Source: a virus. Taken from it: a DNA stretch of 64,000 nt. This document shows positions 50,098-58,284 of this stretch, in pieces. Position 1 is the stretch's first letter. Each line of letters opens with the position of its first letter. The notes under the pieces were generated by a model. It did no database searches and was not told the DNA's origin. It saw only the letters and a list, made by a program, of their open reading frames with translations. The translations under genes were made by a program, and so were the position numbers. The stretch covers positions 32,001 through 96,000 of IMG/VR virus record IMGVR_UViG_3300011115_000717. One strand, written 5' to 3'.

Positions 50098-50622
50098 ATG
50101 AAATTTAAAGATCTTCGCAAAAAAATACAAAAACTCGTAGAATACTCAGGTGAAAGTTCAGAAGGCGGAAGCATTCAGGGAGGCGATCCACGCGGTGGAC
50201 GTGTCTCTGCATTGTCTGACTTCGGTACTCACCGTATTGAGCACGAAGCGATGCTTGACCGCATCAATGCATTCTTACATGCATATAGCGGTAAAGAGTT
50301 CCTAGACCCAGATGGTGCCATTAATATCATCAAAACCAAACTTAATATCATTGGGTTTGATTTTAAACCAATGAAACTTGTTCCTGGTATGAATATTCTG
50401 AAGCTTTATCAATATGGTTCTCCTGGCATGGGTGTCTTTGGTGTGTCCAAAGATCTCAAATGGGATGGAACAAAAGATAGTTTCAGTGCCACATCCGGTA
50501 TCGATCCAGATTTTGACTACAACCTAGTAATCAACGTCACCAAAACCCCAAGCTATCTTATCAAATTTGATATGAAAGTTGTACATGGAGGCGAAGAAGT
50601 TGACTGTGGTTGCGAACATTAA
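50098..50622 (+). CDS. Hypothetical late protein
   Basis: AATAAATA and AGGA upstream; MKFKDL..LVE leader. Confidence 0.65.
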   Translation: MKFKDLRKKIQKLVEYSGESSEGGSIQGGDPRGGRVSALSDFGTHRIEHEAMLDRINAFLHAYSGKEFLDPDGAINIIKTKLNIIGFDFKPMKLVPGMNILKLYQYGSPGMGVFGVSKDLKWDGTKDSFSATSGIDPDFDYNLVINVTKTPSYLIKFDMKVVHGGEEVDCGCEH

Positions 50623-51031
50623 AGTTAAAATCAAAGTGATCAATGACGAAGATGATGATGCTTTCTTAATTTTTGCCAAGAAACATTATTTTAATCCACA
50701 TTGTACATCAAACAGTGAATTCTTTGAAGATCTCAAAAGAATAAAATATGTAAAACGATTGTTATTTCGTTTTCACAAAGCACGTAGTTTGAAGTCTATC
50801 AAGGAACGTCTTATCATTAACCACTTAATAGTTTTAAGAAATGTATTTGGTGATCAACCAGCTGCTGAAATGTTATTCTTAAAGCATGAAGTTAAATTTC
50901 ATAGTTATTTAAAAAGTTTTTTAGTTTTCTTAAATTTTAAACTTACGCCTATTGTAAATGTAGATTATCCACAGTTATCATGTGATCCAAGAATTGATAG
51001 AAAATTATCACTAATCACGGAAAAACAATGA
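50579..51031 (+). CDS. Conserved T4-like phage hypothetical protein
   Basis: FAKKHYFNPHC..EFFEDLKRIKYVKRLL..ERLIINHLIVLRNVFG; true start probably near 50636. Confidence 0.75.
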   Translation: MYMEAKKLTVVANIKVKIKVINDEDDDAFLIFAKKHYFNPHCTSNSEFFEDLKRIKYVKRLLFRFHKARSLKSIKERLIINHLIVLRNVFGDQPAAEMLFLKHEVKFHSYLKSFLVFLNFKLTPIVNVDYPQLSCDPRIDRKLSLITEKQ

Positions 51032-51831
51032 ATCCATTAAATCTTATAATCCAACCATCAACAGTATACCATTTTGCTGAACTATTGAATAAACCATTTA
51101 ATCAATATTCCGCATATACATCTGGTCTTATTGATAATAATGGTCAGATTACTAAAAAGAATGGTAGTATGGACGGTCTAGAGTACATTGCTATTCGTAT
51201 GAAGTCTTTTCTAAAAGATCTTATGCCTGGTTCTACTAAATTCTTTTTACAGAGTTTATCGGGAACATTGAAGTTGTTTAACGAAGAGTTAAATCAAATG
51301 GGTATCGATAGAGATTCTGCAAATATGGTTTTAGAATGCTATCTTTTAGGCACCACAGAAGGTAAAGTTAGTTACCTTGATTATCTATTAGAAGAAGCTC
51401 AAGTAAGATATATCACAGAAGAGATGAGTGCAGGTGCTGCAGGTGGTATGGCATCTCCAGCACATACTAATTTACAAGGTGGTATTGGTGGAATTGATCG
51501 CCCCATGGGATTGATGTTTAATCGTAAGCGTCGAAGAAAAAGAAAATCTGCTAGAATTGTTGAAGCAAATATGGAATCCCCACAACAAAAGGCCAACCCT
51601 TATCTTCCGATTCAGGTTGACCCTTTGTATTATGATGAACTAACGAGATCTCTTGCACCAGGTGGTGAACTTGACTTTGATCAAATTACTACACCAGAAT
51701 TACAAAAATACTTAAAACGTCTTGGTGAGAGATCAAAGAACAAAACTGTATATGTGGTTGGAAATAACACACAACCACCTATGCAACTGAATCTTAATCG
51801 CTCAAGAAAGTCTTCGAAGAAACCTTCGTAG
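51028..51831 (+). CDS. Hypothetical protein (T4-like conserved N-terminus)
   Basis: KPF..YSAY..GLIDNNG motif; coupled to the upstream gene. Confidence 0.6.
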   Translation: MNPLNLIIQPSTVYHFAELLNKPFNQYSAYTSGLIDNNGQITKKNGSMDGLEYIAIRMKSFLKDLMPGSTKFFLQSLSGTLKLFNEELNQMGIDRDSANMVLECYLLGTTEGKVSYLDYLLEEAQVRYITEEMSAGAAGGMASPAHTNLQGGIGGIDRPMGLMFNRKRRRKRKSARIVEANMESPQQKANPYLPIQVDPLYYDELTRSLAPGGELDFDQITTPELQKYLKRLGERSKNKTVYVVGNNTQPPMQLNLNRSRKSSKKPS

Positions 51832-52042
51832 ACTCTTGATATAACGGATGCCCAGATAGATAAGATTTAGTCATTAAAGAGCTCTTCTCTTTTTCTATAA
51901 TATCTTTGTGACAATCATTATATCCTTGTTGATATTCTTCCTGAAGACTCTTGAGTTCATTAGGAAGTGTTCTGATGCCACGACCAGTCATACGGTCATC
52001 CCAACCTTCACGATATAACTTTCCTGGAACATAATCAATCAT
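51794..52042 (-). CDS. Hypothetical protein
   Basis: Coupled member of a reverse operon; YREGW..YQQGY repeat. Confidence 0.55.
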   Translation of the reverse strand: MIDYVPGKLYREGWDDRMTGRGIRTLPNELKSLQEEYQQGYNDCHKDIIEKEKSSLMTKSYLSGHPLYQESTKVSSKTFLSD

Positions 52043-52404
52043 TTGTTGTTTCTTTCTGCCATTGAAGCAAGAATCTTATCAATAGTACCAACGTACTCTG
52101 GATAATTGTTCATCTTAAAAAAGCCACGCATCTCTAATAGATGCTCATAATCCTTTTCAAAGATAACTACAAGACCACCGGAACCTGCTCCAGAATTTTG
52201 TAATTTATCTTGAAAATCATCAACCATTTTATGCCACTCTTGTTTTGAGATATTGGTCTTGTGTCTCTTCATGAACTCATCAAACTGATCATTAGTATCC
52301 ATATCTGTATCCTTTAAATATTGTTTAATTCGATTAATGTGCTTATACTTTTTATTATTATTAAACTCATCCCATGGTGACATATCATGATTGGGCTTTG
52401 ACAT
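52039..52404 (-). CDS. Hypothetical protein
   Basis: Overlapping operon member. Confidence 0.55.
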   Translation of the reverse strand: MSKPNHDMSPWDEFNNNKKYKHINRIKQYLKDTDMDTNDQFDEFMKRHKTNISKQEWHKMVDDFQDKLQNSGAGSGGLVVIFEKDYEHLLEMRGFFKMNNYPEYVGTIDKILASMAERNNK

Positions 52405-52714
52405 TTTTATCTTTCTGTGTAAGATCGAAGAAATTCTCGTAAATCACAGTACCATCAGATGTGGTAGCAGAAAGATATCTGATATGCTGATTGAGAGCTT
52501 CTTTGAGAGTTAAGGGGTGATTAACACCAAAAGAAAAGTTCTTGATCCATGCTGGGCAACCACCCAATGTTATACGAACTTCTGTTCCATCAAGTGAGTT
52601 ACCATAAAAATCAAAACTAGAATTATCACCATCATAATAGGTAAAGAAACATTCAATGTTTTGATATTTGACTTTTAACGAATCCAAATCAATGGATTTA
52701 AACGATTTCTTCAT
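52385..52714 (-). CDS. Hypothetical protein
   Basis: Overlapping operon member. Confidence 0.55.
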   Translation of the reverse strand: MKKSFKSIDLDSLKVKYQNIECFFTYYDGDNSSFDFYGNSLDGTEVRITLGGCPAWIKNFSFGVNHPLTLKEALNQHIRYLSATTSDGTVIYENFFDLTQKDKNVKAQS

Positions 52715-52875
52715 AGTCTAGCTTTCTGTACGACAAATGGAAGCTTTCCTTCACCAAGAAGAACCTTCAATGTTGACTTTTTAGCATCCATCATGCTTAC
52801 TATACGATTGCGACGTAAACGTTCTTTACGATTTTTGTGCTTTTTACTAGTAAGCCTTTGTTTCGAATTAGGCAT
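52711..52875 (-). CDS. 54-aa highly basic protein (not in ORF track)
   Basis: MPNSKQRLTSKKHKNRKERLRRNRIVSMMDAKKSTLKVLLGEGKLPFVVQKARL; AAGGA RBS; ATGA overlap with the next gene. Confidence 0.7.
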   Translation of the reverse strand: MPNSKQRLTSKKHKNRKERLRRNRIVSMMDAKKSTLKVLLGEGKLPFVVQKARL

Positions 52876-52920
52876 ATAAATCCTTTATATAAAACTTTTA
52901 AAAACTAACAACTCTGTCTA

Positions 52921-53253
52921 TTATTTATCTTGTGCAGCAAGCTTACATTCCAAATCAACAAGACGATCTAATAGTTCAGATAATGTATCACTGTCAAAAG
53001 TTTGTAATTTTTCTTCGAGTGATACAATTTTATTTTCAAGATTTTGAATTTTAGTAGTAAATTCTTTGCATTTATCGTGAAAATATTGTATAGCGTGTTT
53101 ATTATAATGATCTGGGTCAAGACCTTGTTTGTAATAATTATATTTGTCAGAAGTTTTGGCGACATATGAATTTGTCATTATCTTCTTTACGATTTCTTTG
53201 GCTTCTGTGTCTTCTATTACCAAATCATTAATTGTAAGGTCAGTCTCGTTCAT
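52921..53253 (-). CDS. Hypothetical coiled-coil protein
   Basis: Consensus promoter ends 7 nt upstream. Confidence 0.6.
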   Translation of the reverse strand: MNETDLTINDLVIEDTEAKEIVKKIMTNSYVAKTSDKYNYYKQGLDPDHYNKHAIQYFHDKCKEFTTKIQNLENKIVSLEEKLQTFDSDTLSELLDRLVDLECKLAAQDK

Positions 53254-53260
53254 ATGTTAT

Positions 53261-53288
53261 ATTATACACGATATATTATAGGTGTCAA
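53261..53288 (-). promoter_or_regulatory. Sigma70-type promoter TTGACA-N16-TATAAT
   Basis: Exact hexamers on the minus strand. Confidence 0.8.
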
Positions 53289-53292
53289 TAAC

Positions 53293-53316
53293 AAAGCCCT
53301 GCTTTCACAGGGCTTT
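53293..53316 (-). terminator. Hairpin terminator ending the tRNA-Tyr/tmRNA transcript
   Basis: AAAGCCCTG-TGAAAG-CAGGGCTTT followed by GTTATT. Confidence 0.75.
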
Positions 53317-53613
53317 GGGTCGATTCAGATGCGGGAGACCAAACCCCACTGCTTTAAGCAGCCATTGCTAATTGGTTAGCAATCATGGTTTGCAACTGTT
53401 TATTTGCGTTTCTTGTTACCCGAAACGGACATCTCCTTCATCACTACTACTTGCCAATCGATACCTTAACGGGCCCTTAAGAAATGCCCCACTGCGGCGA
53501 GGACTTGGTTCGGCTTATCAGAAGTCGCAGAACATTCTGAATACACCTAATGGACCCGAGGGGAGTCGAACCCCTGTGTTGTGCAACTCTCGTTCCGATA
53601 TCAACAATGTCAA
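53317..53613 (-). ncRNA. ssrA: Circularly permuted (two-piece) tmRNA
   Basis: Acceptor piece (T-arm AGGGG-TTCGACT-CCCCT then CGGGTCC-A, ending 53551) lies before the coding piece starting GGGCCCG at 53476; 7-bp stem with G3-U70; pk1; tag ORF ending LAMAA*. Confidence 0.88.
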
Positions 53614-53696
53614 TGCAAGAGGAGGGATTCGAACCTTCGTAGAAATAAATCATCACATTTACAGTGTGACCTCGTTGACCGCTTGAGTACTCTTGC
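53614..53696 (-). tRNA. tRNA-Tyr(GTA), long variable arm, CCA not encoded
   Basis: GCAAGAG/CTCTTGC acceptor stem, TCACA-CTGTAAA-TGTGA anticodon arm, GTTCGAATC T-loop. Confidence 0.92.
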
Positions 53697-53700
53697 TTAA

Positions 53701-53991
53701 TTATTTAACAGTAATTTTAACTATGGCGTAATTCTTTTTATCTGATTCAACAAACATCAAAGAATCAATAATTCTATTGTCGGGAATAGATGCTTCTCTT
53801 GCTGACATACCAACTTCAAGATATGGTCCACCTTCAAAGTCAACCATAGTATTATCCGTAGTTCCTCGTGTAAACAAGGTTTCACCTTCAAGAAGGTAAG
53901 TGTAGCTATTCACCTTTCGAATTATTCTTTCGACGTGATAACGGCTTATGCTTCTTGCTATTACTGGATTTTCTTTTTGTGGCTTTAACAT
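53701..53991 (-). CDS. Hypothetical protein (paralog of 31987-32289)
   Basis: SRYHVERIIRK, LEGETLFTR, DFEGGP; start uncertain (53991-54033). Confidence 0.65.
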   Translation of the reverse strand: MLKPQKENPVIARSISRYHVERIIRKVNSYTYLLEGETLFTRGTTDNTMVDFEGGPYLEVGMSAREASIPDNRIIDSLMFVESDKKNYAIVKITVK

Positions 53992-54085
53992 CTTTTTTAA
54001 AAATTTCATCCCAATTTTTACACCAGGATGCATAATTCACATGTCGATATGAATCGCCTTTACCTGCACCATGGGTTCCTTCCAT
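53906..54085 (-). CDS. 59-aa small phage protein (GKG..R.V..W..NWD.IF type; not in ORF track)
   Basis: MEGTHGAGKGDSYRHVNYASWCKNWDEIFKK...; starts 7 nt after a consensus promoter. Confidence 0.7.
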   Translation of the reverse strand: MEGTHGAGKGDSYRHVNYASWCKNWDEIFKKDVKATKRKSSNSKKHKPLSRRKNNSKGE

Positions 54086-54092
54086 GATGTAT

Positions 54093-54120
54093 ATTATATA
54101 CTATAACTCTTAAAAGTCAA
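54093..54120 (-). promoter_or_regulatory. Sigma70-type promoter TTGACT-N16-TATAAT heading the tRNA-Tyr/tmRNA operon
   Basis: Hexamers read on the minus strand. Confidence 0.75.
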
Positions 54121-54123
54121 GAG

Positions 54124-54354
54124 TTAATTTAATTCGTATACAGCCATAGTACCAGTATTAGTAAAGGACTTTACATATACTGGAAAAATTGAATTTCCGA
54201 CACCAAGAGCCAAAACAATTGTTGTGGTTGCCCCAGTAGCATCAATACAAGTAAAAGTAATTGATCCAGCCACAGTACATGTAACTAAAACACCTTTATT
54301 TGCGGGACTGCTTACACCTGACGATAATGCTTTAATACGGCGATATGTTCTCAT
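54124..54354 (-). CDS. Small beta-rich protein (possible virion decoration)
   Basis: AAGGA RBS; composition; downstream of a late-promoter gene. Confidence 0.5.
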   Translation of the reverse strand: MRTYRRIKALSSGVSSPANKGVLVTCTVAGSITFTCIDATGATTTIVLALGVGNSIFPVYVKSFTNTGTMAVYELN

Positions 54355-54366
54355 TTGTTATGTTCC

Positions 54367-54756
54367 TTAAAAGAAGACGTGAATTTTACAATTAGTGCCA
54401 ACTGTATGATCTGGATATGCTGGGTCAGCGGCTACAAGTAACATAGGATAAAACGTAGTAGTTATAACACCTGCATTAGATAGTAATATCGAATTATCTT
54501 CTAATATACCTATACCAGCATTTAACCCCGCAGCAGATAAATTATATGAAGGATCAAAAGTACTAATAGCTTTATGTGCTACATTTGATTCAGTCCCTGT
54601 TGGACTTAAAACTGTTAAATTTAATGTAGCTTGGTTTCCACTACCATCAATACCAGGAACAACTAAAAAACCCTTCATATTGGGTTGTGTTATTCTAGTA
54701 AGTGTTGAAAAACTATATGTCTCTACTCTACGAAAGTATGATTCTTCTTCGTTCAT
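54367..54756 (-). CDS. Hypothetical late protein
   Basis: GCTAAATA 8 nt upstream. Confidence 0.5.
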   Translation of the reverse strand: MNEEESYFRRVETYSFSTLTRITQPNMKGFLVVPGIDGSGNQATLNLTVLSPTGTESNVAHKAISTFDPSYNLSAAGLNAGIGILEDNSILLSNAGVITTTFYPMLLVAADPAYPDHTVGTNCKIHVFF

Positions 54757-54764
54757 TGCACTAA

Positions 54765-54783
54765 TATTTAGCGATTATAAATA
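54765..54783. promoter_or_regulatory. Back-to-back divergent late promoters (GCTAAATA minus / TATAAATA plus)
   Basis: Both boxes lie in a 32-nt gap between divergent ATGs. Confidence 0.65.
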
Positions 54784-54788
54784 ACTTC

Positions 54789-55121
54789 ATGGATCCATTC
54801 ATTAAACAATACCAAGATCAAATTAACGAACTCAATGAACAAAATTTAGAGCTTGCAGAAGCTCTTGAAATTTATGATCAAATTTTAGAGTACATGGACC
54901 CCGTGTCTGATGCGATGTTAATCAACGAGGCGAATGACGAGAAACATAAATTTAAAGCCAAATCTAAGAAAAATGCTAAGATGGAAGAGGCTTTAAAGGA
55001 TAAGAAAAAAAATCCTGTTGATTCAGACAAACTCGAAAAGGCATCTAAGAAGAGTGGCAAAGTTGGTCGCAGAGCCAAACTCGCTCAGATGCTGAAGAAC
55101 TTCTCTAAGAACAAAAAGTAA
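54789..55121 (+). CDS. Late protein with acidic coiled-coil leader and basic C-terminus
   Basis: LINE boundary, then a Lys-rich KLEKASKKSGKVGRRAKLAQMLK module. Confidence 0.65.
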   Translation: MDPFIKQYQDQINELNEQNLELAEALEIYDQILEYMDPVSDAMLINEANDEKHKFKAKSKKNAKMEEALKDKKKNPVDSDKLEKASKKSGKVGRRAKLAQMLKNFSKNKK

Positions 55122-55129
55122 TATAACAA

Positions 55130-55151
55130 CAAGGCCCCGTAAGGGGCCTTG
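55130..55151. terminator. Hairpin between convergent genes
   Basis: CAAGGCCCC-GTAA-GGGGCCTTG, 9-bp stem with GNRA loop. Confidence 0.75.
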
Positions 55152-55156
55152 AGTGT

Positions 55157-55396
55157 TTAAGAGACGTTGGCGATTGCTCGGTTTATAGCCGAAGAAATTC
55201 GACACAACTCTTCTTTAGAGCCAGTAATAAAAACAACGTTCTTTCCTTCACCTTCAATAACCAAGTCAAACATGGTTTTATTGTCGTATGAAGGTTTCAC
55301 TGAAACAATAAAAAGTTCTTCTGTGGTGTGAATTGCACTGCAAGTAGTAATAGTATTAGCCATTGGGAATTTTCCTAGAGTCAAGAAACATAACAA
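55157..55396 (-). CDS. Hypothetical protein
   Basis: ORF; start probably MANTITT at 55363. Confidence 0.45.
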   Translation of the reverse strand: MLCFLTLGKFPMANTITTCSAIHTTEELFIVSVKPSYDNKTMFDLVIEGEGKNVVFITGSKEELCRISSAINRAIANVS

Positions 55397-55431
55397 AGTA
55401 AAACCGAACGATAAACGAAAGTTTGTTAAAT

Positions 55432-55680
55432 TTATTTTTTATTGTTTTTATCATTGTGTGTAAGCCATGCTTGTGACTCCCAAAATTTTTCAAGAGGCAG
55501 TTGTTTGTCATTTGGGCTATTGTGCCATATGCACCGCATTATACCCCCTACATCACATAATACCATGGCACACCAATCATCACAGTATCCATATTTGTTG
55601 ATTTGTACCTGTAAATTATGTTTAGAAACTTCCGTTTTAAAAGTTTCATACATTGGCGGAATTGTCTTTTTTCTTGCCAT
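55432..55680 (-). CDS. Hypothetical protein
   Basis: TTGACA-N16-TATAAT (55715-55688) ends 7 nt upstream. Confidence 0.65.
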   Translation of the reverse strand: MARKKTIPPMYETFKTEVSKHNLQVQINKYGYCDDWCAMVLCDVGGIMRCIWHNSPNDKQLPLEKFWESQAWLTHNDKNNKK

Positions 55681-55746
55681 AATGCATATTATAACAGAAT
55701 TCTTCTATGTGTCAATACACTAAATAATCATAAAGAGGACCACTTC

Positions 55747-58284
55747 ATGGACCATATGGCGAAATATTATAAGAATCTATCTGAGAACCTTTTAAACCAA
55801 AGAGATAATTTGGTTAGATTGTTAAATGAGAAAAGTGCTAGAACCAAAAAACAGTCCACAGAAACTGACGATCAGTTTAGGGAGCGTGTGTGGAATGATC
55901 CTGGCTCGGGGTTAAGTAAATTTGACGTAGATCCAAGATATGGTACCTATGATGCTCCCACAAATCCATCTGAGCCAGGTCCCAATGACCTAATAGATCC
56001 ACCATCAGAGAACTACTCACCATACGCAAGAGCATCTGGTCAACGTGGTTTATTTAGACCAAGAACGAGTACTTCAACTCAAAGTCCAGCACCAATTCAA
56101 AGTGCACCTGTTCAAAATTATAATAGTCCAGTTATCCCACCACTATTAAACCAACCAGATTTGTTGACTCCAAATGGTCCAGAACCAATTCAACCACAAC
56201 AACCACCACCTAATTACGTTACCAAACCTGATCCAAATGAAGTTCCTGGTTTGATTGGACTAGGTGAACCAGGTTCACCTGGTGTAGCTCCACTCCCACA
56301 AGATCCTAGAGATCTTCCAACATCACCACCACCACCACCAGAAGACCGTAGTGCAGACTCTAGAGAAAATAATAGAGGCAAAGCACCTATTGCTCCAAAT
56401 ACGGAACAAGGTGATTATGAATCTGCAAGACGAGCTTATTACACAAAAAGAAATCAACAAACAAGAGATGAAGCAGCAGAAAATCTTGCACGAATGGGTG
56501 CACTTAACCCAAGCTCAAGTGCATCAACAAATGCAGCTAGAGCTGTAAGTCAATTACGTTCTCAGAGAGCACTGAAGCAAGGTAATGATAAATTTAATCA
56601 AGCTGACATTGACAGAATGGTAAAGAGTGATTCAAAAGAACGCTTTATGAGTCAAGCAGATAAAGATGCACGAAAAGCCAGAGATGCATCAGCTGTTGCT
56701 GGATTAGAAAAAGCCGGACACGAGAAGATGGGGCATACTCAAAACGCAAGAGGCGAATGGGTTGATGCACAAGGAAAGCCTGCTTCGCTTGCCACAACAA
56801 TTGACAGATTGGGACCAGATACAATAATTCAAGGAACGAGTATGACTCGTGGTGAATTTGAAAGACAAACTGGTCGTAAGTATAATGCATTAAACAAAGA
56901 AGACAGCACCCTGGTAAGTAGACTTGCAGGAGCTGGAAGATATGGTTCAGAAGCAGCAAGACAGGGAGCTCTTAGTTCTGATGCAATGAATCAAAAATAT
57001 GGTGAAATAAATACCGATTGGGCAAAAAGAATTGGACAAAGTACACGAGACGTTGATGCAGCACAAATTGAGTTAGATCGTTTTAAAAATGATTCAAAAT
57101 ATCGTGAAAGCCAAAGAAATTTGGATTCAAAAGGTAATCCAATTAGGACTCCAGAACTTGAAGCTCAAATTGCTGCTGAAACAGAACGAGATGTTCAAGG
57201 TATTAAACAGAAACGTGCTACAGCTGGCACAAATGCTAGGGTCAATCAAGCAGCAGAAGTCAATGCAGCTTTAAGAGCACAAGAACGTCTAGATGCAACA
57301 CCAGCAGAAGTAGCTAAAAGAGCAGCTGCTGCAAAACGACAAGAAGCATTGGATGACAAAAATGCAAGAATTCAAAGTGGCAATGAACCAGGATTATCTG
57401 ATACAGCAGCTGGACCAGCGGCTCCAGGTTTTCAAGAACTTGCTGCTGATAAACAAAGAGAGACTATATACAAAGAAAAAGAACTGGCTAAAGAAATGGA
57501 ACAGCTTGGGTTGGATTCAAATGGCAACCCTAAACCAACAACAGGTGGTCAGGTTACAAAAGCTGCAGCCAATATGACAACTGCTCCAGCTGCAGAACCT
57601 ATTGCTTCGAGACAACAACCAATTGCTTCAGTACAGCAATCTGTAAGTACTGGTGGAATGAATCAACCGATGGATATTAATGATTTTCCAGAGGAAGAAA
57701 AACCACAGACAACACTACCACCTGTGAGTGGTGGTCAAGTTACAAATGCTGCCGCAAACATGACAACACAACCAGCAAAACCAACTCCAGCTGGAGCGAA
57801 TAGTGCTGTTGGTCAACCACAGTTACAAACAAGACAGGCAGCACCACCACCGGCATCAGCTCCGACATCTGTTGGACCACCAAGTTCTACAGGAACTCGG
57901 AATACAACTCCAGCAACGCAACCTACTACAAGCCCTGTAAGTGGTAATCCTAACCCAGTGAAACCAACTGTCGCCCCTGCACGTAATGCAACAATCCCAC
58001 AACCTACTGCAACACCAGCTCGACCACCCGTTCCGGCTGCACCACCAGTAGCAGTTGGGTCATCAGTAACAGCAAAAGCAGCAACAATGACTACCAAACC
58101 ACAATTGGCTAGTGCTGGTGCTCCAATTGATCCACAACAAACAGGTGGACCAACTGCACAAAATCGAGGAATTCCAATTCCATCAGCCAATCCAATGGCT
58201 GATGCACAAGCAGGACCTCTGGGTGCCCCACTGAAGAAGAAACTAGTAACCACTACTGGTAGAACCCCTAACATGAGAGCTTAA
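55747..58284 (+). CDS. Large Pro/Ala/Gln-rich disordered late protein
   Basis: ACTAAATA and GAGGA before ATG 55747; YYKN leader; three G(G/S)xVTxxAAxMTT repeats. Confidence 0.72.
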   Translation: MDHMAKYYKNLSENLLNQRDNLVRLLNEKSARTKKQSTETDDQFRERVWNDPGSGLSKFDVDPRYGTYDAPTNPSEPGPNDLIDPPSENYSPYARASGQRGLFRPRTSTSTQSPAPIQSAPVQNYNSPVIPPLLNQPDLLTPNGPEPIQPQQPPPNYVTKPDPNEVPGLIGLGEPGSPGVAPLPQDPRDLPTSPPPPPEDRSADSRENNRGKAPIAPNTEQGDYESARRAYYTKRNQQTRDEAAENLARMGALNPSSSASTNAARAVSQLRSQRALKQGNDKFNQADIDRMVKSDSKERFMSQADKDARKARDASAVAGLEKAGHEKMGHTQNARGEWVDAQGKPASLATTIDRLGPDTIIQGTSMTRGEFERQTGRKYNALNKEDSTLVSRLAGAGRYGSEAARQGALSSDAMNQKYGEINTDWAKRIGQSTRDVDAAQIELDRFKNDSKYRESQRNLDSKGNPIRTPELEAQIAAETERDVQGIKQKRATAGTNARVNQAAEVNAALRAQERLDATPAEVAKRAAAAKRQEALDDKNARIQSGNEPGLSDTAAGPAAPGFQELAADKQRETIYKEKELAKEMEQLGLDSNGNPKPTTGGQVTKAAANMTTAPAAEPIASRQQPIASVQQSVSTGGMNQPMDINDFPEEEKPQTTLPPVSGGQVTNAAANMTTQPAKPTPAGANSAVGQPQLQTRQAAPPPASAPTSVGPPSSTGTRNTTPATQPTTSPVSGNPNPVKPTVAPARNATIPQPTATPARPPVPAAPPVAVGSSVTAKAATMTTKPQLASAGAPIDPQQTGGPTAQNRGIPIPSANPMADAQAGPLGAPLKKKLVTTTGRTPNMRA

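Noticed and set aside
53551-53580. Orphan tRNA 3' half read as an attP site or tRNA pseudogene
   Set aside because: Its acceptor strand pairs over all 7 bp with GGGCCCG 74 nt downstream, followed by a tag ORF, so a permuted tmRNA explains it; no integrase is present
53372-53686. 104-aa plus-strand ORF from the track
   Set aside because: Antisense to the tmRNA and tRNA-Tyr; no RBS or protein-like features
55618-55746. Upstream extensions given by the ORF track (also at 16276, 33929, 41859, 59728, 63643)
   Set aside because: They overlap neighbouring genes or promoters; downstream starts have better RBS, promoter or homology support
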